A stretch of 64,000 bases of DNA. Source: Acidimicrobiales bacterium (GTDB lineage: Bacteria > Actinomycetota > Acidimicrobiia > Acidimicrobiales > Bog-793). The notes under the pieces are model-generated. The model searched no databases, had not been told where the DNA came from, and saw only the letters and a program-made list of their open reading frames with translations. Location of the stretch: assembly GCA_035533595.1 (NCBI GenBank), contig DATLTN010000006.1:12566-76565 (forward strand), read 5' to 3'. This document shows, piece by piece, positions 20,611 to 31,359 of the stretch. Each line of letters opens with the position of its first letter. Positions within the stretch are counted from its first letter, which is position 1. The position numbers and the translations under genes were made by a program.

Positions 20611-21510
20611 ATGAGCTGGGAGATTGAGGCGTTCCTGCAATCACTCAGCGCGACCGCTCCGGCGACGGTGCGCGCCTACTGCTCCGACGCCGAGGCCTTC
20701 GTCGAATGGGCGGCGCGTTCGGGCCTCGACGGCCCCGAGAAGGTCGACCGCCTGCTGCTCCGGCGCTACCTCGCCTACCTCGACACACGCGGCTACTCGC
20801 GGCGGACGATCGCCCGCAAGGCCTCGACCTTGCGGCGCTACTTCGCCTTCGCCGAGCGCCGGCACCTCATCGCGGTGGACCCCTCGCGCAGGCTCAGCGC
20901 GCCGCGCGGCGCGGCGCGCCTGCCGCAGGTGCTGAGCGACGAGGAGCTCGCCGGCTTGCTCGAGCCCGCCGCAGCGGCCCCTGCCGGAGGCGGCGAGCGC
21001 GACGCGCGGGCCGACGCGCTCGACCTCCGAGACGACGCCGTGCTCGAGCTCCTCTACGGCTCGGGGCTGCGGGTGAGCGAGTGCTGCGGCATCGACCTCG
21101 GCGACGTCGACCTCGCGAACGGCGTGGTCACGGTGTGGGGGAAGGGCTCCAAGCAGCGGCGGGTGCCGATGAGCGCGGCGAGCGTGGCGACGCTCACCGG
21201 CTACCTGCGCGAGGCGCGCAGCGCGCTCTTCGCCGACGACTCCCCCGCGGGGGCGGTCTTCTTCAACCAGCGGGGCAGCCGTCTCGGCCCCCGAGACGTG
21301 CGGCGCATCATCGACCGCCGGGCCTCACGGCCCACCCACCCGCACGCGCTCCGCCACAGCTTCGCCACCCACCTGCTCGACGGGGGAGCGGACCTGCGCG
21401 TCGTCCAGGAGCTGCTCGGCCACGCCAGCCTGCAGACCACCCAGATCTACACCCACGTCTCGCGCGAGCGGCTGCTTGCGGTCTACGCGGAGACCCATCC
21501 GCGGGCCTGA
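20611..21510 (+). CDS. xerC: Tyrosine recombinase XerC/XerD
   Basis: It has an N-terminal SAM-like domain and the catalytic [14 protein letters not shown]...[15 protein letters not shown]. Its position upstream of rpsB matches actinobacterial xerC. Confidence 0.85.
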   Translation: MSWEIEAFLQSLSATAPATVRAYCSDAEAFVEWAARSGLDGPEKVDRLLLRRYLAYLDTRGYSRRTIARKASTLRRYFAFAERRHLIAVDPSRRLSAPRGAARLPQVLSDEELAGLLEPAAAAPAGGGERDARADALDLRDDAVLELLYGSGLRVSECCGIDLGDVDLANGVVTVWGKGSKQRRVPMSAASVATLTGYLREARSALFADDSPAGAVFFNQRGSRLGPRDVRRIIDRRASRPTHPHALRHSFATHLLDGGADLRVVQELLGHASLQTTQIYTHVSRERLLAVYAETHPRA

Positions 21511-21679
21511 GCGGCCGTCGGCCCGCTGCCACCGCGGCCGGAGTGGGCGACCCCTGGACCGGGTATCCTCTCCCTCGGACCCGCCCGGGTCCCGGTGTCT
21601 CACCGCGCACGCACATCGTGTCGTCGAAACGGTCGCCTCCGGGCGCGACGCACGAACGCCAACCGTTGAAGGAGTTGTC

Positions 21680-22615
21680 ATGGCAGTCGTCACGATGAAG
21701 CAGCTGCTCGAGGCCGGGGTGCACTTCGGCCATCAGACGCGGCGCTGGAACCCGAAGATGAAGCGCTTCCTCTACGGCGAGCGCAACGGGATCTACATCA
21801 TCGATCTCCACCAGACCCTCGACCGCATCGACACCGCCTACCGCTTCCTCCGCGACCTCGTCGCGAACGGCGGGACGGTGCTCTTCGTCGGCACCAAGAA
21901 GCAGACCCAGGACCCCGTCGCCGAGTACGCGACCTCCTGCGGCATGCCGTACGTGAACGAGCGCTGGCTCGGCGGCATGCTCACCAACTTCGAGACGATC
22001 TCCGGTCGCGTCCGCAAGCTCGTCGAGCTCGAGTCGCGCCGCAGCTCGGGGGACTTCGAGGCGATGCCGAAGAAGGAGGCGCTGATCCTCACCCGCGAGC
22101 TCGACAAGCTGGCCCGCAACCTCGGCGGCATCCGCAACCTGCGGCGCCTCCCCGACGCGATCTTCGTCATCGACACGAAGAAGGAGCACATCGCGGTCAC
22201 CGAGGCGAACAAGCTCGGCCTCCCCGTCGTCGCCGTCGTCGACACGAACTGCGACCCCGACGTCATCGACTACGTGATCCCCGGCAACGACGACGCGATC
22301 CGCTCGGGCCGACTGATGTGCCGCGTCGTCGCCGACGCGGTGAGCGAGGGCCGCTACATCGCTTCCCGCCGCGCTTCGGACTCGCTCCGTCAGACCCGCA
22401 ACGAGGGCGGCCCCGCAGAGCCCGTCCCCGCCGAGCCCGAGCCCGCCGCCGAGGCAGCGGCAGCCGAGCCCGCCGAGGCAGCGCCGGTGGCCGAAGCGGC
22501 ACCTGCAACCCCGGCCCCCGCGAGCGAAGCGGCACCTGCAACCGCGACCCCCGCGAGCGAGGCCGCACCCGAAACCGAACTCGAGAGCGTCGCTGCGAGC
22601 ACCCCGGAGGCCTGA
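21680..22615 (+). CDS. rpsB: 30S ribosomal protein S2 with Ala/Pro/Glu-rich C-terminal tail
   Basis: ATG 21680 is preceded by a GAAGGAG RBS. The protein begins [27 protein letters not shown]. Confidence 0.95.
   Translation: MAVVTMKQLLEAGVHFGHQTRRWNPKMKRFLYGERNGIYIIDLHQTLDRIDTAYRFLRDLVANGGTVLFVGTKKQTQDPVAEYATSCGMPYVNERWLGGMLTNFETISGRVRKLVELESRRSSGDFEAMPKKEALILTRELDKLARNLGGIRNLRRLPDAIFVIDTKKEHIAVTEANKLGLPVVAVVDTNCDPDVIDYVIPGNDDAIRSGRLMCRVVADAVSEGRYIASRRASDSLRQTRNEGGPAEPVPAEPEPAAEAAAAEPAEAAPVAEAAPATPAPASEAAPATATPASEAAPETELESVAASTPEA
22493..22558 (+). repeat. Two tandem 33-nt (11-aa) repeats in the rpsB tail
   Basis: The units are gaagcggcacctgcaaccccggcccccgcgagc and gaagcggcacctgcaaccgcgacccccgcgagc ([11 protein letters not shown] / [11 protein letters not shown]), followed by a partial third copy. 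Confidence 0.85.
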
Positions 22616-22616
22616 G

Positions 22617-23423
22617 ATGTCCGACTACACCCCCACCGCCAAGGAGGTTCAGGCACTCCGCCAGGCGACCGGCGCGGGAATCCTCGACGCCCGCCGGGCC
22701 CTCATCGAGTGCGACGGCGACCAGGACAAGTCCACGCGCTGGCTCCGCGAGCAGGGCCTCGCCGGGGCCAGCAAGCGCTCCGAGCGCGAGCGCGCCGAGG
22801 GTGCGGTCTCGGTCGTCGTCACCGGTGGCGGGCGTCTCGGTGGCGTCCTCGCACTCGAGTGCGAGACCGACTTCGTCGCCAAGTCCGCCGAGTTCGTGCA
22901 GCTCGTCGACACGCTCGCCGAGACGCTCGCGAGCGAGGGCGAGGACGCCCTCGCCAAGCACGACGAGGAGATCGACCAGCTGAAGGTGACGCTGAAGGAG
23001 AACATCGCGGTCGGGAACCACACCCGCTTCGAGGCCTCCCCCGACGCGATCCTCGACAGCTACCTGCACGTGCAGAACGGCCGCGGCGTGAACGGCGTGC
23101 TCGTCGAGCTCGCCGGCGCCACCCCCGAGCTCGCCCACGACGTCGCGATCCATATCGCCTTCGCCCGCCCCGAGTATCTGCGGCGCGAGGACATCCCCGA
23201 GTCGGTGCTCGCGCAGGAGCGCGAGACGATCGAGGCGACGGCGCGCAACGAGGGCAAGCCCGAGGAGCAGCTCGAGAAGATCGTCGAGGGGCGCCTCAGG
23301 GGCTTCGTGAAGGAGCGCGCCCTCCTCGAGCAGCCCTACGCGAGGGACGACAAGAAGTCGGTCGCACAGATCCTCGGCGACGCGCAGGTCCTCCGCTTCG
23401 CGCAGGTCGTCGTGGGGGCCTAG
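22617..23423 (+). CDS. tsf: Elongation factor Ts
   Basis: The UBA-like N-terminus reads [37 protein letters not shown]. The gene follows rpsB. Confidence 0.95.
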   Translation: MSDYTPTAKEVQALRQATGAGILDARRALIECDGDQDKSTRWLREQGLAGASKRSERERAEGAVSVVVTGGGRLGGVLALECETDFVAKSAEFVQLVDTLAETLASEGEDALAKHDEEIDQLKVTLKENIAVGNHTRFEASPDAILDSYLHVQNGRGVNGVLVELAGATPELAHDVAIHIAFARPEYLRREDIPESVLAQERETIEATARNEGKPEEQLEKIVEGRLRGFVKERALLEQPYARDDKKSVAQILGDAQVLRFAQVVVGA

Positions 23424-23428
23424 GCACT

Positions 23429-24181
23429 TTGGCCGAGGTCTCGCCGATCTCGCCTCTCCCCGCCCGGCGCTGGAGCCGGGCGGTGCTCAAGCTTTCCGGT
23501 GAGGCCCTCGCCTCGTCCGCGTCGGACGAGACGATCGACGCGCACACCGCCCGCCGCATCGCGAAGGAGATCGCCGAGTCGCGCGTCGAGTTCGGCGTCG
23601 AGCTCGCGATCATGGTCGGCGGCGGCAACATCTGGAGGGGGCAGACCGGCGCCGGCGAGGGGATGGACCGCGCCACCTCGGACACGATGGGAATGCTCGG
23701 CACGGTGATCAACGCGCTCGCGCTGCAGGACGCCCTCGAGCGCGAGGGGCAGCCGACGCGGGTGCTCTCGGCGATCGCGATGGCGGAGGTCTGCGAGCCC
23801 TACATCCGCCGTCGCGCGACCCGCCACCTCGAGAAGGGCCGCGTCGTGATCTTCGCCGCGGGGATGGGCAACCCCTTCTTCACGACCGACACCTCGGCGG
23901 CGCTGCGCGCCGCGGAGATCGAGGCGCAGGTCGTGCTGAAGGGCACGCACGGCGGGGTCGACGGCGTGTACAGCGCAGACCCGAAGGTCGACCCGAGTGC
24001 GACCCGCTACGACGAGATCGGCTACATGGACGTCATCTCCGAGGACCTGCGCGTCATGGACCTCACCGCGATCACCTTCTGCAAGGACAACTCGCTCCCG
24101 ATCGTCGTCTTCGACCTGATGCGCGCCGGCAACATCCGCGGGGCGCTCGCCGGGGAACAGATCGGTACGCTGATCACGTGA
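23429..24181 (+). CDS. pyrH: UMP kinase
   Basis: [21 protein letters not shown] and [17 protein letters not shown] are present. I set the start at TTG 23429, the first start after the tsf stop. The exact start is uncertain. Confidence 0.88.
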   Translation: MAEVSPISPLPARRWSRAVLKLSGEALASSASDETIDAHTARRIAKEIAESRVEFGVELAIMVGGGNIWRGQTGAGEGMDRATSDTMGMLGTVINALALQDALEREGQPTRVLSAIAMAEVCEPYIRRRATRHLEKGRVVIFAAGMGNPFFTTDTSAALRAAEIEAQVVLKGTHGGVDGVYSADPKVDPSATRYDEIGYMDVISEDLRVMDLTAITFCKDNSLPIVVFDLMRAGNIRGALAGEQIGTLIT

Positions 24182-24750
24182 GCGACGACTCCTTGATCGC
24201 CATCGCCCTCTCAGAGACACGGGAGAAGATGGACAGGGCCATCGAGCACACCAAGACCGAGTTCTCGACGATCCGCACCGGCCGGGCCAGCCCAGCGCTC
24301 GTCGAGCGGTTGCGCGTCGACTACTTCGGCACCGAGGTGCCCCTCCAGCAGCTCGCCGGCTTCCAGGTGCCCGAGGCGCGCACGCTCGTGATCAACCCCT
24401 ACGACAAGAGCGCGCTGAAGGCGATCGAGAAGGCGATCCAGAGCTCGGACCTCGGCGTCAACCCGTCGAGCGACGGCATCGTGCTGCGCCTGTCCTTCCC
24501 CCAGCTGAACGAGGAGCGACGCAAGGAGCTCGTCCGCACGGTGCGCCAGCGCGCCGAGGACGGGAAAATTGCGGTGCGCAACGTGCGCCGCCAGACCCGA
24601 CACGAGCTCGAGGCGCTGGAGCACGACGGGGAGATCTCCTCCGACGATCTCGATCGCGCGGAAAAGGAGCTCGAGCACCTCACGCACGAGCTCGTCACCG
24701 AGATCGACCATCTCCTCGCCCACAAGGAACAGGAGCTGCTCGACGTCTGA
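24178..24750 (+). CDS. frr: Ribosome recycling factor
   Basis: [32 protein letters not shown] and [10 protein letters not shown] are present. The GTG start overlaps the pyrH stop. Confidence 0.95.
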   Translation: MSDDSLIAIALSETREKMDRAIEHTKTEFSTIRTGRASPALVERLRVDYFGTEVPLQQLAGFQVPEARTLVINPYDKSALKAIEKAIQSSDLGVNPSSDGIVLRLSFPQLNEERRKELVRTVRQRAEDGKIAVRNVRRQTRHELEALEHDGEISSDDLDRAEKELEHLTHELVTEIDHLLAHKEQELLDV

Positions 24751-24793
24751 GCGCGCGTCGGCGCGTGAGGAAGTCGGGTGAGCAGGGGGAGTC

Positions 24794-26182
24794 GTGGCCG
24801 AACAGCCCGAAGACGACAACAAGGACGAGACGCGCGCCGAGGGCAACGGCCCGTCGACGGGCGAGGTGCGGATCGCGGCTGTCGAGGCGGCGGTGGCCGC
24901 CGGGCTCGTCCACCCGCATCCCGAAGACGAGGAGGTCGCCGTCGAGCAGCCGACGGAGGCCTACGAGCTGCCCAACTGGGCCGACCCTCCGACCGGGCAG
25001 GTGCCGCGGGTGCTGCTCGACCACCCCGACGCCGAACGCCCGGACGCGGTGCGTGGCCCGACGTGGCGTGAGGCGAGCTCGGACTGGGCGGCCGAGACCG
25101 ACCTCTCGATCTTCGCCGCAGTCGAGCCCGACGAGAGCGACGACACGGTGATCGCCGGCACGGTGGAGCCGGGGGAGGCTCCCTTCACCTTCTCCTTCGA
25201 GGAGCTCGAGCGGGGCGGCTCGCCCGTCGAGGGCACCGAGCCCGAGGCGGCCTGGGCGCCGCTGCTCAACCAGGAGGAGGCGCCGGAAGATCTCGCGACG
25301 CTGCGCAGCGAACGCCGCAGGCACGCCTCGAGCCGCTCGCGGCGGGGCGCGACCGAGCCCGCGCCGAAGGGGCGTGACGGCCGGGTGGCGACGCTCACGG
25401 GGCTCGGTCTCGCAGCCCTCGTCGCCGTCTGCCTCCTGCTCGGCGCCCTCGCCACGCTCGTCCTCGCCGCACTCGCGCTGACCCTCACGGCCGGCGAGGC
25501 ATTCGCCGCCCTGCAGCGGGCCGGCTACCGGCCGGCGACGCTCGTCGGGCTGCTCACCGTCCCCGCCTTCGTGGTCGCCGCCTACCTGCGCCAGGGCTCG
25601 GGGATCATGACCGTCCTCGGCTGCGCGGTCGTCCTCACGGCGCTGTTCCACCTGCTCCGTCCCCCCGCCGATCCCCTCGTCTCGATGGCGACGACGCTCT
25701 TCGTCGCGGTGTGGGTCGGCGGCCTCGGCGCCTTCGGCGGCCTCCTCCTCGCCCCCGCGCAGTTCCCGCACCGCCACGGCGTGACCCTCGTGTTCGCCGC
25801 GGTGCTGCTCACCGTGGCCCATGACGTGGGCTCCTTCGTGGTCGGCTCCCGTGTCGGCCGCCACCGCATCGCACCCGACATCAGCCCCGGAAAGACCCTC
25901 GAGGGCCTCGTCGGAGGGACCCTGCTCACCGTGCTCGTCGCCGTGCTCGCCGTCGGGATGCTGCACCCCTTCGGCCGCCTCAGCGCCCTCGAGCTCGGCG
26001 TCCTCGTCTCGGCGGTGGCCCCGCTCGGCGACCTCACGGAGTCGATGGTGAAGCGCGACCTCGAGCTGAAGGACATGGGCAACTTGCTGCCCGGCCACGG
26101 CGGCCTCTTCGACCGCGTCGACGCCCTGCTATTCGTCCTCCCGGCGACCTACGCGCTCGCCCGCCTGGCACACCTCTCGTGA
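24794..26182 (+). CDS. cdsA: Phosphatidate cytidylyltransferase with ~195-aa acidic N-terminal extension
   Basis: The C-terminal signature is SMVKRDLELKDMGNLLPGHGGLFDRVD, with multiple TM segments from ~25385. The N-terminal ~195 aa are Asp/Glu/Pro-rich. Confidence 0.88.
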   Translation: MAEQPEDDNKDETRAEGNGPSTGEVRIAAVEAAVAAGLVHPHPEDEEVAVEQPTEAYELPNWADPPTGQVPRVLLDHPDAERPDAVRGPTWREASSDWAAETDLSIFAAVEPDESDDTVIAGTVEPGEAPFTFSFEELERGGSPVEGTEPEAAWAPLLNQEEAPEDLATLRSERRRHASSRSRRGATEPAPKGRDGRVATLTGLGLAALVAVCLLLGALATLVLAALALTLTAGEAFAALQRAGYRPATLVGLLTVPAFVVAAYLRQGSGIMTVLGCAVVLTALFHLLRPPADPLVSMATTLFVAVWVGGLGAFGGLLLAPAQFPHRHGVTLVFAAVLLTVAHDVGSFVVGSRVGRHRIAPDISPGKTLEGLVGGTLLTVLVAVLAVGMLHPFGRLSALELGVLVSAVAPLGDLTESMVKRDLELKDMGNLLPGHGGLFDRVDALLFVLPATYALARLAHLS

Positions 26183-26254
26183 GGAGCTCATCGCCCGCGC
26201 CCTGCTGCCGCCGGGACCCCGGCCACCGGTACCCTTTCCCGATGGGTCGCAGCC

Positions 26255-27457
26255 GTGCGTGAGGTGAGCATCGTCGGCTCGACGGGCTCGATCGGGACGC
26301 AGGCGGTCGATGTCTGCCGGCGGGCGCCGGAGGACTTCCGCGTCGTCGCGCTCGGCGCGTGGAGCAACGTCGAGCTCCTCTCCGAGCAGGCCCGTGAGCT
26401 CCGCCCCGAGGTCGTCGCGATCGCCGACGCGGCCCGCGTGGAGGAGCTGCGCGCCATCGTTCCCGCGGGGACGACCGTCCTCGCCGGGCCGGCCTCGCTC
26501 TCCGAGCTCGGCGCGACCGGTGACATCGTGCTGAACGCCGTCGTTGGCTTCGCCGGCCTGCCGGTCACGGTCGCCGCGCTGTCGAGCGGCCGCCGCCTCG
26601 CGCTCGCCAACAAGGAGTCGCTCATCGCCGGGGCCCCGGTCGTGCAGGCGGCCCGCTCGGCGCGCGGGGCGGAGATCGTCCCCGTCGACTCCGAGCACTG
26701 CGCGATCCACCAGTGCCTCGGCGAGCGTCGCCACGTCGGCCCCGACGCGCACGTCGGGCCGGAGGGGCCGGAGAGCCCGACCGACGTCCGCCGTGTGCTC
26801 GTCACCGCGAGCGGCGGCCCCTTCCGCGGCCGCTCGCGCGCCTCGCTCGCCGCGGTGACCATCGACGAGGCCCTCGCCCACCCCACCTGGAAGATGGGGC
26901 CGAAGATCACGATCGACTCCTCGACGCTCATGAACAAGGGCCTCGAGGTGCTGGAGGCGCACGAGCTCTTCGGGGTCGGCTTCGACCGCATCGAGGTCGT
27001 CGTGCACCCGCAGTCGATCGTCCACTCGATGGTCGAGTTCGTCGACGGCGCGACGATCGCACAGCTCTCCTACCCGGACATGCGCCTCCCGATCGGCTAC
27101 TCCCTCTCCTACCCCGACCGCTTCGGCGAGCCCTTCGGCACCCTCGACTGGCGGGCGCTGCGCTCGCTCGACTTCGAGGAGCCGGACCTCGGCACCTTCG
27201 CCTGCCTCGGCCTCGCCTTCGAGGCGGGCCGCCTGGGCGGCTCGGCGCCGGCGTGGCTGAGCGCAGCGAACGAGGTCGCGGTGGAGGCCTTCTTCGAGCG
27301 CCGCATCGGGTGGCTCGACATCGCCCGGGTCGTCGAGGAGACGCTCTCGCGCCACGAGGCGACCAAGCTCGTCGAGGTCGCGGACGTGCTGGCCGCGGAC
27401 GCCGCGGCTCGCCGCGTCGCTGCGTCGGTGGTCGAGGCCGCCGCCGTCGTCGCGTGA
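26255..27457 (+). CDS. dxr: 1-deoxy-D-xylulose 5-phosphate reductoisomerase
   Basis: VSIVGSTGSIGTQAVDV (NADPH site), LANKESLI, VDSEHCAIHQC and HPTWKMG are present. Confidence 0.95.
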   Translation: MREVSIVGSTGSIGTQAVDVCRRAPEDFRVVALGAWSNVELLSEQARELRPEVVAIADAARVEELRAIVPAGTTVLAGPASLSELGATGDIVLNAVVGFAGLPVTVAALSSGRRLALANKESLIAGAPVVQAARSARGAEIVPVDSEHCAIHQCLGERRHVGPDAHVGPEGPESPTDVRRVLVTASGGPFRGRSRASLAAVTIDEALAHPTWKMGPKITIDSSTLMNKGLEVLEAHELFGVGFDRIEVVVHPQSIVHSMVEFVDGATIAQLSYPDMRLPIGYSLSYPDRFGEPFGTLDWRALRSLDFEEPDLGTFACLGLAFEAGRLGGSAPAWLSAANEVAVEAFFERRIGWLDIARVVEETLSRHEATKLVEVADVLAADAAARRVAASVVEAAAVVA

Positions 27458-28758
27458 TCGGCCGCCCGCCCTCGGTCCAGACGAGCAATCGCAGCGCGCT
27501 CTACCGGCTGTTGGCGCTCGTCGCGGCGGTCGTCCTGCTCACCTTGTGGCTGCACGGCTTCGACGTGCTCATCGTCGTCCTCGCCCTCGTGGTGATGGTG
27601 ATGGCCCACGAGGCCGGGCACTTCGTCACCGCGAAGCTCTCGGGGATGAAGGTCACCGAGTACTTCCTCGGCTTCGGGCCACGGATCCTCTCGTTCCGCC
27701 GCGGCGAGACCGAGTACGGCGTGAAGGCGATCCCCGCCGGCGGCTACGTGAAGATCGTCGGGATGACCGGCCTCGAGGAGGTCGACCCCCTCGACGAGGC
27801 GCGCAGCTACCGGCAGTCGACTTTCCCGCGGCGCGTGCTCGTCGGCGTCGCCGGGTCGACGATGCACTTCGTGATGGCCTTCCTCCTCCTGTGGGGGATG
27901 GTCGCCTTCGCCGGCCTGCCCTCGTCCGCCGCGGAGATCGGCGGCTTCACCACCTACACCAATGCTGTCAGCCCGGCGAAGGCGGCGGGGCTGCACGCCG
28001 GCGACGTCGTCGTCTCGGTGGACGGCCGTGCCGTGCCGACCGCCAACGACTTCGTCAACTACGTGCACGCCCATCCAGACGCCCGCCTCGACCTCGGCGT
28101 GCGCCGTGCCGGCAGGCTCGTCTCCGTCGTCGTCGTGAGCCGGGACGCCCGCGGTCTCGACGTCGCGGTGAACGGCGTCCCGACGCCGGAGATCAAGGCC
28201 AAGCAGCCCGTCGGGGTGATCGGGGTGGCGCTCGGCCAGAGCTACGTGACCGAGAACCCCCTCTCCGCCCTCGGGCGGGCCGGCGCGCTCCTCGGGAGCG
28301 TGACGCGGGCGAGCTTCGCCGGGCTCGGCGAGATCTTCTCGCCGCACGGCCTCGCCTCCTTCGCCCGCTCGGTGGCCTCGGCGCGCTCCCAGCACGCCGC
28401 CGCGGCCGCGGGGAACACGGGGGCGACCGGCAATTCCGGCCAGCTCGTCTCGATCCTCGGTGCGATCCAGGTCGGGGCGCAGGCGGCGCACCAGAACGTC
28501 TCCGAGCTGCTCTACATCCTCGTCGCGGTGAACGTCTTCGTCGGCATCGTGAACCTCGTGCCGATGCTCCCGCTCGACGGCGGCCACGTGGCGATCGCCG
28601 TCTACGAGCGGCTGCGCTCGCGCCGCGGCCGCCGCTACCACGCCGACGTCGCGAAGCTGATGCCGGTCGCCTACCTCTTCCTCGCCTTCATCCTCGTGCT
28701 CGGCCTCGGCGCCCTCTACGCGAACGCCGTGAATCCAGTTCACCTGCCCGGGGGCTGA
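27454..28758 (+). CDS. M50 family site-2 (RIP) zinc metalloprotease, RseP/Rip1-like
   Basis: The GTG at 27454 overlaps the dxr stop. It has the HExxH motif MAHEAGHF, a PDZ-like middle domain, and NLVPMLPLDGGH. Confidence 0.88.
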   Translation: MIGRPPSVQTSNRSALYRLLALVAAVVLLTLWLHGFDVLIVVLALVVMVMAHEAGHFVTAKLSGMKVTEYFLGFGPRILSFRRGETEYGVKAIPAGGYVKIVGMTGLEEVDPLDEARSYRQSTFPRRVLVGVAGSTMHFVMAFLLLWGMVAFAGLPSSAAEIGGFTTYTNAVSPAKAAGLHAGDVVVSVDGRAVPTANDFVNYVHAHPDARLDLGVRRAGRLVSVVVVSRDARGLDVAVNGVPTPEIKAKQPVGVIGVALGQSYVTENPLSALGRAGALLGSVTRASFAGLGEIFSPHGLASFARSVASARSQHAAAAAGNTGATGNSGQLVSILGAIQVGAQAAHQNVSELLYILVAVNVFVGIVNLVPMLPLDGGHVAIAVYERLRSRRGRRYHADVAKLMPVAYLFLAFILVLGLGALYANAVNPVHLPGG

Positions 28759-28878
28759 TCGCCGGCGCGCGGTCGAACAGTTCGCCCGCCGTTCACCTCG
28801 CCCACACCCGAGGAAGGGCCGTGAGGCCGTAGTCTGAGGGCGCAGAGGTGGCGGCGCAGTCGAGGAGGACCGCGGACG

Positions 28879-30132
28879 ATGGCACGTGCGGCAGGGAACC
28901 TGGGGCAGCGGCGGCAGACCAAGCAGGTCCACGTCGGGCCGGTGGCGATCGGCGGCGGCGCGCCCGTCAGCGTGCAGTCGATGACGACCACCAAGACCGC
29001 GGACGTCGAGGGGACGCTGCAGCAGATCTACGCCCTCGCCGCGGCGGGCGCGGACATCGTGCGCTGCACCTGCAACGAGCAGGCGGCCGCCGAGGGGCTC
29101 GCGCAGATCATCCCCCGCTCGCCGGTGCCGATCGTCGCCGACATCCACTTCCACGTGGAGATGGCGCTCGCCGCCCTCGAGGCGGGGGTGCAGGGGCTGC
29201 GCCTCAACCCCGGCAACCTCCGCAAGCCCGAGGAGATCAAGCTCGTCGCCTCCGAGGCCAAGGACCGCGGCATCCCGATCCGCATCGGCGTGAACGCCGG
29301 CTCGCTGCACCCCGAGCTCTACAAGCGCTTCGGCGGCGCCACCCCCGAGGCGCTCGTGGAGTCGGCGAGGATGGAGATCGCCTACTTCGAAGAGGTCGAC
29401 TTCCACGACGTGAAGATCTCGGTGAAGGCCTCGAACGTCCCGGTGATGATCGAGGCCTACCGCCTCGCCTCGGAGACCTTCGACCACCCCCTGCACCTCG
29501 GCGTGACCGAGGCGGGGCCGCCGCCGGCGGGGCTTCTGAAGGGCACCGCCGGGATCGGCACGCTGCTCGCCGAGGGGATCGGCGACACGATCCGCTACTC
29601 GCTCACCGCCGACCCCGTCGAGGAGGTGCGCGCCGGCCGCCAGCTCCTCGAGGCCCTCGGGCTGCGCGAGCGGCGGGGCCTGGACCTCATCGCCTGCCCG
29701 AGCTGCGGGCGCGCCGAGATCGACGTCATCGCGGTCGCCTCGGCGGCGCAGGCGGCGCTCAGCGAGCGCGACCTCCCGCTGCAGGTGGCGGTGATGGGCT
29801 GCGTGGTGAACGGCCCCGGCGAGGCGCGCGAGGCCGACCTCGGCATCGCGGCGGGCAAGCACAAGGGCCACCTGTTCATCAAGGGCAAGATCATCCGCGT
29901 CGTCCCCGAGGACGAGATGGTCGAGGCGCTCGTCTCAGAGGCCGAGAAGATCGTCGCCGAAGGGATCGAGGCGCGCATGGAGGCCGCCGACGCCGGCGCC
30001 GAGCGCGAGGCCGCGGCCGACCGCCTGCTCCTGCTCGGCGAGCGCGGCGAGGACGCCAACCACTCCGAGGACGTGATCCTGAAGATCCGCAAGAACCTCG
30101 GCAAGGGCGACAGCGGGGCCAGCGAGAGCTGA
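28879..30132 (+). CDS. ispG: 4-hydroxy-3-methylbut-2-en-1-yl diphosphate synthase
   Basis: VHVGPVAIGGGAPVSVQSMTTT, RIGVNAGSL and the Fe-S Cys residues in ACPSCGR...MGCVVNGPGE are present. Confidence 0.95.
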   Translation: MARAAGNLGQRRQTKQVHVGPVAIGGGAPVSVQSMTTTKTADVEGTLQQIYALAAAGADIVRCTCNEQAAAEGLAQIIPRSPVPIVADIHFHVEMALAALEAGVQGLRLNPGNLRKPEEIKLVASEAKDRGIPIRIGVNAGSLHPELYKRFGGATPEALVESARMEIAYFEEVDFHDVKISVKASNVPVMIEAYRLASETFDHPLHLGVTEAGPPPAGLLKGTAGIGTLLAEGIGDTIRYSLTADPVEEVRAGRQLLEALGLRERRGLDLIACPSCGRAEIDVIAVASAAQAALSERDLPLQVAVMGCVVNGPGEAREADLGIAAGKHKGHLFIKGKIIRVVPEDEMVEALVSEAEKIVAEGIEARMEAADAGAEREAAADRLLLLGERGEDANHSEDVILKIRKNLGKGDSGASES

Positions 30133-31352
30133 TGCGCCACCGGCCGGCGCCCGTGCTGCGGGCGCCGGCGCCCCACGAGCTCGACGCCTTCGCCGCCTGT
30201 GTGGAGGCCGCCTTCGTCTTCTCGTTCCCCGACGACGAGCGCGAGCTCTTCCTCGCCGCCCTCGACCCCGGGCGCTGCCTCGTCGCCGAAGCCGGCGGGG
30301 CCGTCCTCGGCACGCTCGCGAGCCACCTCGTCGAGCTCACCGTCCCCGGGCCGCGGCCGCTTCGCGTCGCCGCGCTCACCGACCTCGGGGTCGCGCCGAC
30401 GCACCGCCGCCAGGGGCTCGGCGGCCGCCTCGTCGCCCGCTTCCTCGAGGACGCGCACGATCGCGGCGAGGCCGTCGCGCTCCTCGAGGCGGGCGACGGA
30501 GGCTTCTACCGGCGCTTCGGCTTCGCCCCCGCGAGCTGGGCGAACGAGTACCGCATCGCCCCCGGCCGCGCCGTCGCGAACGAGCCCGGTTCCCCGCCGG
30601 GCTCCCTCGTGCAGCTGCGCCCCGACGAGGCCCTCGAGGCACTGCCCGCGATATTCGACCGCCACCGCCGCGCCTCGGTCGGCGAGATCACCCGCACCGC
30701 CGAGGAGTGGCGCCGCCTTCTCGTCACCGACAAGGGGGCCGACCGGACCGGCTTCGTCGTCGCCCACGAGGCCGACGGCGAGCTCGACGGCTACCTCCGC
30801 TACCGCGCCCTCGTCGGCGCGAGCGGGCGCGAGGTGCGCCTCGAGGAGCTCGTCGCGACGACGCCCGCCGCCTACCGCGCGCTCGGCTGGGTGATCGGTT
30901 CGCTCGGGGAGGGCGTGACGATCACGACCGCGCCCCGGCCGGTCGACGAACCCCTCCGTCACCTGCTGCGCGACCCGGGCGCGTGCGAGGTCGTCGCCCA
31001 GCGCCACCGTGGCTGGCTGCGGTTGGTCGACCTGCCCGGCGCGCTCGGCGGCCGCTCGTACGCGGCGGCCGGTGCCGTCACCCTCGAGGTCGAGGACCCG
31101 GGCTGCCCCTGGAACGCGCGCTGCTGGCGCCTCGAGGTCGACCCCGGGGGCCGCGGCCGCGCCGTCGCGAACGAGGAGGGCGGGGAGCTCCGCCTCGGGG
31201 TGGACGCGCTCGCCGCCACCTACCTCGGCGCGACGAGCTTCGCCCGCCTCACCGAGGTCGGTGCGGCGCGCGAGGAGGTGGCGGGAGCGGCGGCGCGCGC
31301 CGACCGCCTCTTCCTCTTTGGCCGCGCACCCTTCCAGGGCGCCGAGCTGTAG
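30132..31352 (+). CDS. GNAT family N-acetyltransferase (Eis-like, with SCP2-like C-terminal domain)
   Basis: The ATG overlaps the ispG stop by 1 nt. The acetyl-CoA motif is VAPTHRRQGLGGRLV. The ~400-aa size and the position after ispG match actinobacterial Eis-like GNATs. Confidence 0.75.
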   Translation: MRHRPAPVLRAPAPHELDAFAACVEAAFVFSFPDDERELFLAALDPGRCLVAEAGGAVLGTLASHLVELTVPGPRPLRVAALTDLGVAPTHRRQGLGGRLVARFLEDAHDRGEAVALLEAGDGGFYRRFGFAPASWANEYRIAPGRAVANEPGSPPGSLVQLRPDEALEALPAIFDRHRRASVGEITRTAEEWRRLLVTDKGADRTGFVVAHEADGELDGYLRYRALVGASGREVRLEELVATTPAAYRALGWVIGSLGEGVTITTAPRPVDEPLRHLLRDPGACEVVAQRHRGWLRLVDLPGALGGRSYAAAGAVTLEVEDPGCPWNARCWRLEVDPGGRGRAVANEEGGELRLGVDALAATYLGATSFARLTEVGAAREEVAGAAARADRLFLFGRAPFQGAEL

Positions 31353-31359
31353 GGCGCCC

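Noticed and set aside
20611-21510. A tyrosine recombinase considered as a marker of an integrated mobile element.
   Set aside because: It has the XerC/D-type sequence (RHSFATHLL...[14 protein letters not shown]) and size, and sits in the conserved actinobacterial position upstream of rpsB-tsf-pyrH-frr. There is no adjacent tRNA, att-like repeat or phage/plasmid genes.
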